Made by a program: the position numbers and the translations under genes. This document shows, piece after piece, positions 33,553 to 49,375 of a stretch of 64,000 bases of DNA. Under the pieces are notes generated by a model. It searched no databases and was not told the DNA's origin. It saw only the letters and a program-made list of their open reading frames with translations. Source of the DNA: the human T2T-CHM13v2.0 reference genome, Homo sapiens. The stretch's first letter is position 1; each line of letters begins with the position of its first letter. The DNA is taken from NCBI RefSeq assembly GCF_009914755.1, contig NC_060931.1. One strand, given 5' to 3'.

Positions 33553-36213
33553 CTGATTAAGAAAAATTTTTATTTGAAAACTGTCTTTGAACATGTTCTC
33601 AGACAAGTCTTGTGGTCCACAAGTATTCGCTAAGTGCCCATTTCAATCTGGGATGTGTCATTTTGAAAATAAACTTGTAGAGATGAGAGATACATATAGC
33701 CCTCTGAGTGTTAATAAGAGAAAAAATTTCAGATAGCTCACATCCCAGAAAATAAAATCTGAAAGGCTTTTAAAACACAATAGTAAAGATCTACCTTGTA
33801 CTGTTTATCTCTTAAAAATCAATGTAATACACTCACCAGACTGGTAAAAAGCCATATTTAAATTTATAGTACTGTTGGACTCTTGGACTCAAAAACACAA
33901 CCACAATTCATTAAGAGTTCTGATAAATCTACTTCCTTACAGAATAGGTAAAAGAGCTTCCTCACAGTTAAACTTTTGCTGGATAGAAACCCTGGAAATC
34001 ATTCTTGTTTTACACTGAAGGAAACAAACCTAGCAAAATTAAGCCAAGTGCCCAAGGTACCAGTGCTGGAGAGGCAAGCTGAGATTAGATTGTGTTGTAG
34101 TGTGGTGTTCTCTTCGTCACATCTGCTAAAATCTTGGGAGCCGATGCTGAACACTTCCAATAACTGCTATTGTGGTTCTTCAACTAAACCTTGTATATTT
34201 CAGAAAACATCTAAGATGTGTGTCAGAAACAAATATGTTTCTTAAGGATGTTAAGTATTACACAGTCCACTTGTGTAGGTAAAAGTAGAATGTTAAGTGG
34301 TAGAAAGCTGATTTGGTTAAGTTAATGGACTTCTGGCAATTTAGTTATTTCAGACTATGCAGTGACAACACAGACTAATACTACCAGTAGCCTGACTACT
34401 ACTAGAAACTGCGGCCTGTGAGATCTGTTAAAAGTTAAGCCTAGAAACCAAAGTTCCTTCCCAATTAAAGAAGGAAAAACAAAACAAAACAAAACAAAAC
34501 CACCACCTATTCAAAACAAAGCAGAGAATTTGTATAATATTTGATGGTACCTAAGGTGCCTAAGAAGCTTTTTTGAAGGTAGCTTTTAAGTTCTAGGAAG
34601 TCTTTTGTTGAATTTCCTTGTATTGGTTTAAAGCCCTAAATACCATAGATTTTATTTCCTCTCTTGGAAAAAAGATGGAAGTGACATGGCAGTATTTCCT
34701 GCTGTTCTCCAGTTACTTCACAATACCAAAATAAATTAAACGTACTGTTGCAAAACTCCTATGAGAAATCACTATTCAAAAAATGGTGCCAGCTTGCTGT
34801 TTAATGGTACAACTGAAGAGGAAGGAGCCTTCCCATTTCCATAAAAGAGGCAAAGGAGTCATACCCACATAGCACTACTGCCAGTCACTCTTGCCTTCAC
34901 AGGGTCACCTCTCCTCACAGAAAGCAGACTGGACAAATATCAGGGCCCACCTCCCTCCAACATGGAAACAAGTCCCCCTAAGAAAGAGCTGAGACTAGTG
35001 TGCTAATACCTGTTGTATTTTGTGGAGATAAAGGTGCAGGAGAATAAACTCCTTTATAAAGAAGTGTCTTTCAGGTGTTCTGAAACCCTGCCTTGTTACT
35101 TACCTTTATTAAAAGAACCGAAATAATGCCTAACTCAGCCAAACAAGTCACTGCTGATTTTTGCAATGATTTTCCTCCCCTATATTAACACTGTAAGTCT
35201 CATATCTTTAAGTTGAAATTTTGGGATAATAAGCAAGATTAAAGAATATAGGTAAAACTGGGACTCTTAGAAGAAAGAAACAGCTTATGTATAGTCAAGT
35301 CTATTAATCCAAAAGCATCTTTCTGCGATTAGTTTAAGAAAGGATTGGTGGCTCACAAAACATGAAGTGAAAGAACTTTTTCCACATAAACTGCTTTCAA
35401 ACCTTGTCATAGCAAGAAAAAAATTTATATCACATCCTAAACAAAGACACACGTGATCAAGAGTTTCACAAGTATACCCACCCATATAATGGGTGTAACA
35501 CTCATTTTCTATTCAACACACTAAATTGACTTCATGACCCAGTGATGGGTCATGATTTGTAACATGAAAAGCATTGGTCTAGAGTAATCACAACACCCAA
35601 GATAATATCAAACCCTAACATTTTTTTTTTTTTGAGTCTTACTATGTTTCCTGGTTTTGAACCCTAACAATTTTTAACATTTTATTTTGAAATAATTTTA
35701 GAGGAGTAGAAAGAATCCCTGTATACTCTGCCTACATTCCCCAAATGTGAACATTTTCATATTTGCTAATTATTTTTACCTATATGTACAGACATACTTT
35801 GAACCATAAGTTACAGACATGATGCCTCTTTATTCCTTAACACTTCTGTGTTTTTCCTTAAACATAAGGACATTTTCTTATATAATTACAGTACATTTCT
35901 CAAAATCAAGCAATTATCCCGATATAACACTATTCTTTAGTCCCAATAATATCCTCTAACACTGTTTTGTAAAACCTGGTAAGCAAAACAAACAGCCCCC
36001 TTCTCTAATGGCATCTGAAATGGAACAACTGCAATTCTCCATTTTTAATGGTTAGGTGAAGTAAATCTTTGCCCTGGAAATGTTTGCTTACAGCTTCCAG
36101 TCTGCTAAACATTTTATTTCCCTATCATTCTGAACATAGACCCTAAGTCTTGTACGTCCAAGCAGCACAGATACATGGCTAGCATTTTCTACGTTTAGAA
36201 AAGCAAAATTTAC

Positions 36214-36321
36214 CTTCAAATCGTTCTGAAGGCGTTGCGTTGTCTGCTTGAGGTACCACTCCATGTTCTTTTTTGAACTTATCAAATGCCTTTTTATTTA
36301 TGTCATCTTTTTGATGAGGGT
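36214..36321 (-). CDS. DNAJC2: DNAJC2 exon 15
   Basis: [36 protein letters not shown]. Confidence 0.96.
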
Positions 36322-36437
36322 CTGAGAAATGAAAAAAATTTAATACTTAACAGATCATCATTTAATCTTTCATTAAATTGCATAAGTTATTTTAAAAATA
36401 GGTGTTTAAAGTAACAAATGGACTTCTCAAAACTCAC

Positions 36438-36538
36438 CAAGTTTTTGGAGACTCTTTGCTTTGCCAATAACATCTTTGGCAGTTCTTTTGACTCCAGAGG
36501 AAGAATGTATGTTCATGTAATTAGCAATAACTTCCCAT
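36438..36538 (-). CDS. DNAJC2: DNAJC2 exon 14
   Basis: [33 protein letters not shown]. Confidence 0.96.
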
Positions 36539-37279
36539 CTGATAGGATATATTATACAATAATATGAATAGTAGTAAGGAAAAACAAAATGAAACGACAA
36601 AAACCATTAGATTTTTACTGCAGAAAGGTTATAGTATGTACAGAATGAGCTCAGATTGGTGGTCTAATTATGCTGCTACTATAAATTCCTGTTGCCTGGA
36701 CTACGGTTTTTGCTTTTCATGTGTTTAAATCAACGATAATCTTGGTTTTAAGTCCATACATCTTACAGATTTGGTGTACAAATCAACATAAATAAAACCA
36801 CTTATTTGTGTATACTGCCAGTTTAATACATTTCTTCAGAAGATCAATCATTCTGAAAACAGCCTCGGTTTCATCTATAGAATTAGGGACGCTGGATCTC
36901 TAGGGCTTTCTTGCAGTTAAACTCAAGCTCCAGCTTGAGGTGGGAAAAAACAAAGAGCAAGACTGTAAAAGAAAAACTACAGAAAACCTAATCCCTAGCA
37001 CAAGCCATGACAGAGTAAGCCAACATAAATCAAGACTTGTCTCATGATCTTCAATTTCCTGAGAAACAAGTATTCTGTCATATGTATATGTGCATGTGTA
37101 CTGATGCAATGGGTAAGACTGACAGCTTCAAAATGCACCTCACTTTTCACACTTTTCTACTGTGGCACAGAATTTATCTCTGCAAGTTTCTGTGATAACA
37201 AGTGCTGCTATTTGGAGTCTGTCTACATTATCTCCAGGCTCCAGTGTGAGTTGAAGAAAAGTTTCATTAAAACCAGTAC

Positions 37280-37464
37280 CTTGAATTTGTTCCAGCAGGG
37301 AACAGATTCACAGCTTTAATTAGTAATTGTAGATCATCTTCTGACCAATTTTTACTTCCATTTCCACCTCCACCAGTTGATTTCTCTGTGTTCTTAGATG
37401 CTTGTCGCATACGAGCCTCAGCTTCCTCTTTCTCTTTTCTGATTTGCTCATTTATTTCTTCTAT
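37280..37464 (-). CDS. DNAJC2: DNAJC2 exon 13 (start of SANT/Myb 1)
   Basis: [16 protein letters not shown]...[24 protein letters not shown]. Confidence 0.96.
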
Positions 37465-38096
37465 CTGCACAAATATCATAAGTCAGGGACTTAGAAGTAT
37501 ACTGTATTGCTATTCTACACTCTCTTCCTGGCTAGGGCTTTGTGGTCCTCAACTCTCAATGTCATTCTCACTCTGACCCCATACTCCTCTCAGGCCAACC
37601 CAAAAAGAAGCACCAGCTTTTCACTCTGGCTTCCAGTCTGCATAGGTCTGCCTGAGGGACCAAGAACTGCCCACAGCCTGCCTGATTTTCCCAGTACTCA
37701 TGTCATGTGACTTCCATTAGCCTTGGACACTAATTGACAAGTCTGTGGGTCACTGAGTTATTCATCCACAAGGCCATTTCAAACCTCTCTTCAAACTCAT
37801 ATTCACCCTTTCTGCAGACAATCTCATTTATTCTCTACCAAAAGGTGAAGGCATAGCAAAATGGCCTCTTTTATTTTGAAGCTCTACCATTTACATTGTT
37901 CCTTCTAGACTACCTTCAAACATGCACAAGTAAAAAAAGAACCTTTATTTGCCCTTGTTGCTTCTGTCAGCTGCTATCTTAAGAGTCAGCTTTGGCTCAT
38001 TTCTCCCCTTCAATCCCTTAGAACCAGTAAAGTCCCAATAATGCTAACCTTGAAAAATTTTTTTGATTCCCATCATCACATTCATAGTGCAGGTTC

Positions 38097-38393
38097 TTTT
38101 TCTTTCTTTCTTACTTTTGAGGCAGAGTCTCACTCTGTCGCCCAGGCTGGAGTGCAGTGGTGTGATTTCTGCTTACTGCAACCTCCGCCTCCTAGGTTGA
38201 AGTGATTCTCCTGCCTCAGCCTCCCAAGTAGCTGGGATTACAGATGCCTGCCACCATGCCCAGCTAATTTTTGTATTTTTAGCAGAGATGGGGTTTCATC
38301 ATGTTGGCCAGGCTAGTCTCAAACTCCTGACCTCAGGGGATCTGTCTGCCTTGGCCTCCCAAAGTGCTCGGATTATAGGCATGAGCCACCACG
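38097..38393 (-). mobile_element. AluS
   Basis: TSD CATAGTGCAG(G/A)TTCTT. Confidence 0.94.
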
Positions 38394-38605
38394 CTCATAG
38401 TGCAGATTCTTAAATAAGATTCTTGTAACTAGTTACATCTATCTGATGCACCTTATCCACAAACGTCAGATTAGTAGTACAATGTTGAACCTTCTGTTAA
38501 TCAAAGATTTGCAGTAATGGAAACTAGTCAACAAGGTATTAAAAACCTGATCATTGGTTCTGCTTTTCCTAACTGATTTTGTTTCCCACTCCATTTCCCC
38601 ATAAC

Positions 38606-38821
38606 ATTTTTTTTTTGTCTGTTTTTTTTGAGACAAAGTCTCGCTCTGTTGCCCAGGTTGGAGTGCACCGACATGATCATAGCTCACTGCAGCTGTGACC
38701 TCCCAGGCTCAGGTAATCCTCTAACCTCAGCCTCCTGAGAAGTTGGGACTACAGGTACACGACACCATGCCAGTTAATTTTTGTATTTTCGGTAGAGATT
38801 TTGTTTATGTTGCCCAGGCTG
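38606..38821 (-). mobile_element. Partial AluJ
   Basis: Truncated reverse Alu. Confidence 0.85.
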
Positions 38822-39382
38822 AACCATACTTTATACTTCTACTTCTATTTTATAGTTTGTGGTATTCTTCTGACCTTCATTTTAACTCTGTCCTTCCTTT
38901 CAGGCTGGTTCAAACTACACTGAGCCTTCCCTGGTCACTAAAACTTGTGGCCCTTCCTATCCTACACCTCATTTACTATGGGCTCTCCATCTTTTGGTCC
39001 TTAAGGTTCTTCTCAGGTTCTTCTCAGCATGTCCTTTGTGGTGCAACAGCATTAGGCATTTCTCCAAAAGAACCTAGGCATAGTGCTATATATAGTAGGT
39101 ACTAATACTTGTTGAATTGAATTGAATTTCTGGGCCTGTTTTCTTATCTGTAAAATAAAAGGTATAGACTAGACAGAACAAAGATCTCTTTTGGTTCTAA
39201 CTGTTATTACCCTATGAAAATACTCAAGGAATAATCAAAACAATTATTTTTTTCTAATATGATTTTGCAAAAGCTATGATTGTGATAGATACCACAAATC
39301 AAACACTAAGTATGGTAAAAACCATAAACATCTAATCCAACTTAAATCAACAACAGCACCTTACTACATAAACAAAATGCAG

Positions 39383-39930
<548 letters not shown>

Positions 39931-40054
39931 AGTGGGAAACATAAAGAGAAATCAGATACTCCCTGCACTTGGTGACTTATATATTAGGTGAAGAAACAGG
40001 TCAAAGCAGAATTAAATGCTACATATAGGTAGGAGTGATGTGTTCCTCTATTAC

Positions 40055-40124
40055 CTGTTTTTCCAAAGCAGCCTTTCCTACTTCTTTTGTGCATGATGTG
40101 AGTGTTTCATTCAAGCACTGTAAG
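40055..40124 (-). CDS. DNAJC2: DNAJC2 exon 12
   Basis: LQCLNETLTSCTKEVGKAALEKQ. Confidence 0.96.
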
Positions 40125-40201
40125 CTAAAGAAAAAAAAAGAAGAAATGAAACTTTATCCTAAGCTCAAGTGAAGACTTCAATAGCAGTTCCATAGGTATA
40201 C

Positions 40202-40290
40202 CTTGCCAGTTCAAGCCGATCACAAAGTTTTTCCACTTCTTCCATCATTTTAACCCGCTCTGCCTCATTATCAGAAAAATGATTCCAGGT
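40202..40290 (-). CDS. DNAJC2: DNAJC2 exon 11
   Basis: [29 protein letters not shown]. Confidence 0.96.
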
Positions 40291-40354
40291 CTAAAAGCAC
40301 AAACACAAAAATAGTATCTACACTCAAAAATACATCCATCAACATAATTACAAA

Positions 40355-40486
40355 GCTGTAATCCCAGCTACTCGGGAGGCTGAGGCAGGAGAATCGCTTG
40401 AACCTGGAGGCGGAAATTGCAGCAAACTGAGATCACGCCACTGCACTCCAGCCTGGACAACAGAGCAAGACTCCATCTCAAAAAAA
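40355..40486 (+). mobile_element. Alu right arm
   Basis: Single arm with A-tail. Confidence 0.9.
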
Positions 40487-40513
40487 CAGACAATGACAAC
40501 TGAACAGGTATAA

Positions 40514-40830
<317 letters not shown>

Positions 40831-40952
40831 TGTTTTTAACTTTTTCTAAATTTCAGGTGTACATATTTCAGTTTTCAACCCTGATAGTTTTTTTCTAAAC
40901 ATAATCATCTTACCATTATCAAACCAAAAAACAAGTTAATATTCTAAAACTG

Positions 40953-41228
<276 letters not shown>

Positions 41229-41322
41229 TCTGAAACTGTGTCTATATTCATATCTTCAGTTATCTCAGCATGTCTTTTTTTTTTTTTTTTTTTTGAGATG
41301 GAGACTCTGTCTTGTTTAGTTA

Positions 41323-42311
<989 letters not shown>

Positions 42312-42375
42312 AAGTATTTTTGCTTAATAAGCAACTTGATTTACTTGTGCCTAGTGTTTGTTCAGTCTGATATAC

Positions 42376-42525
42376 CTTGCATGAGTTTCGAAGTTTTTGC
42401 CTTTCCTTCTTAATGGCTTTTTTCTGGATATCTTTTTCCTTCTTTGCCAGCAATGCTTGCTGTCTGACTTCCTCCTCTTCTTTCTCCTTAGCTAACCGAG
42501 CAGCTTCTAATTCAGCTTGTCTTTG
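42376..42525 (-). CDS. DNAJC2: DNAJC2 exon 10
   Basis: [50 protein letters not shown]. Confidence 0.96.
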
Positions 42526-42954
42526 CTTTAAAAAAAGGGAGTAAAATCATTTTAATAGGTACAGTAAAATTCCTAAATGTTTTATAATTTTAAAAATTTA
42601 AACTTTTAATAAATTATATTAGGAAAAAAGGCAACATAAACTTATTGAAAACTGAAGGATGAACTCGGAAAGACAGCTGGTAAAGATCTATAAACATTTA
42701 TTAGAAAATGTAAAATTGACATATTAGAAATAAGCATAATATTAAAGGAACTTATGACACAATTTTTTGCTCAATAAAAACGTGCTGGTAAGGAAGATCT
42801 CTCAATTATACCAACTGGTCATGATTCATTCACAGTAGCACCCAATTCTCTGCTTTCGAATTATAGTTTTTTTTAAAAAAAGATGTGAAGATTAAAGTGA
42901 AGATTAAAGATTTCATAAACATTTAAAGTCCACCTTCATTAAATGTTGTCTTAC

Positions 42955-43076
42955 TTTTTCTTTAGCTTCTTGCTCCTTCCGTTTAGCTTCTGCTTTTGCT
43001 TTCTTTTCTGCTTCTTTCTTGGCTTTTTCTTCTTCCTTGAACTTTTTTATCCTTGGATCACAGCTGTATGCATTGT
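42955..43076 (-). CDS. DNAJC2: DNAJC2 exon 9 (charged helix)
   Basis: [41 protein letters not shown]. Confidence 0.96.
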
Positions 43077-43146
43077 CTAGCAAAAGAAAAAGTTAATCTC
43101 ATTTTGAATTTCTAACATTTAGGGGACTTAAATCAATTCTACTTAC

Positions 43147-43238
43147 CAACTAATGTTCTTATTCTGTTCATTTCTTCTTTTTTTCTTTGTGCTCTTGTTG
43201 CTCTGTTCTGCTTTTCAATCCATCTCCTCTCATCACGA
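43147..43238 (-). CDS. DNAJC2: DNAJC2 exon 8
   Basis: [30 protein letters not shown]. Confidence 0.96.
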
Positions 43239-43377
43239 CTATAAAATAGAAAATATTGGAAACAAACTACTGCTTATAGATGCTATGACTGGAAAATGCA
43301 ATATTTTATAAAATATTTATATGTACATAACATCCTAGAGGTTAAAATGCTGTGTCATTACTAACATTAAACAATGA

Positions 43378-43770
<393 letters not shown>

Positions 43771-44041
43771 TAGGTTAAGCAACCAGAAGAAAAAGATTTT
43801 GCTGAACTGAGCTATCTGACATTATATTCCTTGGCAATTTCTTAAGCATATCCTAACCAATTATTGATCTGGGCCCACCTAGTTTAACTTGTGAGAAAGG
43901 ATTTCAAAATATTAAAAAATTGTTTAAAAAAGATGTACAAAGAGAAAATATGAAAGAAAATTTACGTGACAATTTTTACATCATCACAAATACCAGAGAA
44001 CCAAATAAATACCTTCCATTATTAATGATTTGCATACATAC

Positions 44042-44107
44042 CATTCTGCTTTTTCTTTTTCTTCTTCATCTAAATAAGAAAATTCTCTCCAAGAATCAAA
44101 ATTATAC
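44042..44107 (-). CDS. DNAJC2: DNAJC2 exon 7 (zuotin homology domain)
   Basis: [22 protein letters not shown]. Confidence 0.96.
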
Positions 44108-44925
44108 CTAATATAGACAGAAATAATACATGATCAAGACAGAATAAATGAAAAAAAATTCTTTTTAATGCAAGTGAATGAATTTGTTTTAATGGATACC
44201 TTTCCTTCCCTTCTAGTATTGAACTAAGGTCAAGTCTTTCTCCTTTTTTAAGGACATTGCATTTGGTATGAAAATCTAAAATGCACATATCACTCCATAA
44301 TCAAAACCACACCGCCCTGCTATCTCTTCTTTGTTAGGTTTTTCGCTTGACCAAGACCTATTTTTAAGTTTTCCTTGCCTTCAATTTCGCTAGTCTGTCA
44401 AGTCTGAAGGTAACCCTAGTAGTGGTTATCTCATCTCCAGTTTGTATCCTCTGAAGGTAAAAGCAATTACAACTGATAGAACTAAATCTTGTTATTTTTG
44501 TTCTATGTGATTTTATGTTTTTGTATTTACTAGACATTTGATGAGAAAATGTAGCACATATAAAATGGCCACTAACTATTGCGCATATTAAAAATTAGTG
44601 AATTAGTTACAGAGACAAATAGCACTGTCTCCTTCCTCATGAACTCAAGTACTTTTAGTAGGAAGTAACTAAATAAAAATGTACTTATTTTTATTCAAAT
44701 GACTCCCCAATTTTCATTTTTTACTACTATCATGTGCTTGATATCTAGAAATCTCATTAATAGAAAATCTTAAAAGTGTAAATATCACATAGGTAACAGA
44801 GTGCTTTTGTTCAGTGAAGGTTCTGCAATTTGTCCATCTGAATTAATTTATAAACAATCAAGTACTTATTGAATACTTTTCCTTTTAAAAAATGACAGCA
44901 TCATACAAACAGTATATTCACTTAC

Positions 44926-45006
44926 CAGAAAGAATAAAATATATCTACATCTTCAAATGATGAATTCATATCACCAAGTTTAGGAACATTTTTTTTATTT
45001 GACCAT
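44926..45006 (-). CDS. DNAJC2: DNAJC2 exon 6
   Basis: [27 protein letters not shown]. Confidence 0.96.
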
Positions 45007-45541
45007 CTGAAATATCAAAGGAAATATTCTTACAATTCTTCAAAAATTATGTACAACAGTTCAACAAACAATTTAATTTATTAAAAACAATAATTTTTAC
45101 TAATTCCTCTGATTTCCCTTCCCTACAAACTCTACAACTCGAAGATGGAGCTGGAAGGTCAGCAGTGGGGCATGAAACAATGCAGGTGTGCGAAAAGTGA
45201 GGCCAAAGATAGACTGGGGTGAGGAGAGAAACAACGGGACAGACTTCTAATCACAGGTTATCTTCAGTTCTATAAAATACAATGCCATAGCAGCTGCTAG
45301 GCAGGCTAGAAAAAATGGCAGCTAGCCCCTTTTGCCAAGCTCCTGTCCCTAAATAGTCAGCACAACAACAACCTGTAGGCCTAGCCCTTTAAAAATGTTA
45401 ATATTCACAGAGGGAACTAATTTCCACCTCATCACCACCACCACCTTCCCCTTAGAGCCAGATTTCTCGGCTCAGCACTTCATTGATCACTGGTGAAAAG
45501 GATCCTGAAGCAGCTACTGATCCATGTTTTCTACTCTGTGA

Positions 45542-45972
<431 letters not shown>

Positions 45973-45974
45973 TC

Positions 45975-46130
45975 AAAGTGGTTCTCAAATTTGGCTGCAC
46001 AGAAGAATCACCTGGGAGCCTTAAAAATCCCCACAGAAATTCAAACCAATAAATCAGAATCTTTCCAGGTGGAACTCAGGCATCAGGAGTTCTTCCTGTT
46101 CTCCAGGTAATTCCAATGTGCAGCCAAGAT
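45975..46130. mobile_element. MER5A-like hAT element
   Basis: gtggttctcaaatttggctgcac...agaatcacctgggag...aatgtgcagcca. Confidence 0.75.
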
Positions 46131-46444
46131 GTGCTTTAAGGGAACCTGCCAATGCAGATGGAAAAAAAAGATGTAAAATAATATTGGTACATAACTATTT
46201 TAAAACAAACTTTAATGAAATAAAATACGTATGCTTTAATCGTAACTATAAATAATGTTTTGTCAAAGAAGCCTTATGATAATCAGATGATCAAATAAAG
46301 AACAAAGGATTTCTCAACTGACAATGAGTCAGAGAGTAGTATACCGATTGATAAAGAGGAAATCAAAGAATGGAAAATTACTGTCACCTAAGTGTAAGAA
46401 TCACACTATAAAAGTCAGATACTGTTATTTCTCTCAAAGCAAAA

Positions 46445-46722
46445 TTTTTTTTTTTTGAGATGGAGTCTTGCTCAGTGTAGTGGCATGACCTCGGCTCACT
46501 GCAACCACTGTCTCCTGGGTTCAAGCAAAACTCCCGTCTCCGCCTCCCGAGGAGCTGGGATTACAGGCATGCACCTCCACGGCCAGCTAATTTTTGTATT
46601 TTAGTAGAGACAGGGTTTCACCATGTTGGCCAGGCTGGTCTTGAACTCCTGACCTCAGGTGATCCGTCCACCTCGGCCTTCCAAAGTGCTGGGATTACAG
46701 GTGTGAACCACTGTGCCCAGCC
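46445..46722 (-). mobile_element. AluS
   Basis: Reverse Alu. Confidence 0.93.
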
Positions 46723-46987
46723 CAAGTAAATTTAAAAGAGAAACTTCCCATAAATTGTACAGAAATTTTACTATGGAAATGTAGAACTTCTGTTTAGAAA
46801 GCAATATAAATGAGAACAGTAAGTTCACCAGAAGGGCTGAATATTGCAGAGAAGGAGGAGGAGGAGGAAGAGACAGTGGAAATAATCTATAAATGAAACT
46901 ATTATCAGAGGGAAAGAGCAGAAACCTGGAAGACTACAATAAACAAGCCAACAGGGCACTATGATCAAAAGGGATGCCTTAACTTAC

Positions 46988-47129
46988 CTGGAATTCCTTT
47001 CAAACACTGGGGTAAACACTTCGAAGAAATTATCCTTTGCTTCACTTTTAGAAGGAACTGAGTTATCAAAAGTAGGATCTACACTGTTAAATGCTCGTCT
47101 TTTCACTGGATCAGATAACATTTCATAAG
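46988..47129 (-). CDS. DNAJC2: DNAJC2 exon 5 (end of J domain)
   Basis: [48 protein letters not shown]. Confidence 0.96.
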
Positions 47130-47799
47130 CTGAGAAAAAAATTGTTAAGATCACATCACCATAACTTTACCTATTTTTTCCTGCAAGAAAACAAGTATTT
47201 CCCTCCTTAAAACATAGAAGTCATTAATTTTCATATTTGAAAATTTTGTTTGCAGGTTGGGGAGGATTTAATTTAGGTAACAACAGCTTTAGCACTACTG
47301 GATATAACTGGACTTAACTCCTTCTTTATTTTTCTAGTAGACAAGTGACAAAACAATAAATATCACCCACCCCTCAAGAGAAAAGATGACTCTGGGGAAA
47401 AAGAAATAGCTAGTAAGTTAATTGTTAGATCCCAAGGTTGTAAAAGATCGAAGGATCTTAGGCTTCTGGAGCACTGTGTAAGAGAACTGGCAAAGAGTAA
47501 ATATGAACGGTGTGCATACAACTGTTCAAAAATTAGCATCAAAGTGTAAAATCACATTTAAGGAAACATTTAGAAATGGTGGTAACCTACATTAATTTGC
47601 TTAGTGATGTGTATGTAAATAGCAATAAGTAACTGTAGGGTCTGTACTAGGATATAATCAACTTCTTGATTTAAACTAGGCTAGCAAAACATCTAAGGAA
47701 CAGTTTAGTCCCATAAAGCATCTGAAACGAAAAAAAAAAAAATCTTAGTATTCTCATCATTAAATAGAACACTTACATGAATTAACTGTAGGATGAGCT

Positions 47800-47940
47800 T
47801 CTGATAAGAATCACCTGGGGATCCTGTTAAAATGCAGATTTTAATCAGTAGGTTTGGGGCAGGGCCTGAGACTGCATTTCTAATAAGCTGCCAGGTGTTG
47901 CTGATGCTGCTGGCTGGGGACACCTCACTTTGTGTCGTGA
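47800..47940. mobile_element. MER5A-like fragment
   Basis: agaatcacctgggg...aaatgcagatt...gcctgagactgcatttctaataagct. Confidence 0.75.
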
Positions 47941-48100
47941 GGCTCTGGGGTGATGATTAGAAAGAACTTGATATAACTAAAATGTTTTAAAATGTCAAAG
48001 GATAGTTGAATGAACTACAGTATGCATAAGAAACCCAATCCCAGCAATTAATAAATAACAATTACTATTAGAAATTCCTGACTCTAAAGCATTTTCTTAC

Positions 48101-48199
48101 CTTTAGTTATGCAAGTGAAGTAGTCATTATCTCCTTCTTTTATTGGTTCACCAGCTGCTTTCCGTTTGTCTGGGTGATGTTTTAAAACCATTGCTTTAT
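48101..48199 (-). CDS. DNAJC2: DNAJC2 exon 4 (J-domain HPD motif)
   Basis: [33 protein letters not shown]. Confidence 0.97.
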
Positions 48200-48319
48200 C
48201 TACAAAACCAGTCAGATTGAGATAATTTGTCACTTTAAGCACCAAAAATAAAGATGAGCTACATGTAGACCATTTCTAAAATCATAAGGCTAATATTAGA
48301 ATCTTTTCTCCCACAGTAA

Positions 48320-48665
<346 letters not shown>

Positions 48666-48793
48666 TTGAAGTAATTATTTTAAGAATTAGCCAAAGTGCC
48701 CCTAACCAACGACAATGACTCTTAACATTTTGGTGTATTTCTGCATAGACATTTTTGTTTTCTTAAGCATATGCTTTAAAAAATTCAGGTGTA

Positions 48794-49101
<308 letters not shown>

Positions 49102-49375
49102 TCAGATGTAATCGTATGTACTAATTTATATTCTGCTTTCTTCAGCTTCACATTATAGCGTTTGCATTTTCCATGGTTTTTTCCTTGCAAACTCTTCAAA
49201 TTTTTCTTTCAAATGACTGCTTAATACAGTATTTCAAGTAGATTTGTTATAATTTAGGCATTTCTCTACTGTTGGACATTTGTGCCATTTCCAATTTTGC
49301 ATTATTATAAATAATGCCAATTTGAATAATTTTAAATGTAAGTGTTTTTCCTTATTTAGGATTCTTTCTTCTTAG

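Noticed and set aside
35532-35555. Perfect 10-bp stem TCATGACCCA-gtga-TGGGTCATGA
   Set aside because: Resembles the subterminal palindrome of old hAT-Charlie elements; too short to support an ncRNA call.
44441-44452. GTATCCT as a U12 donor
   Set aside because: Incomplete match (GTATCCTCT) and no associated exon or U12 acceptor identified.
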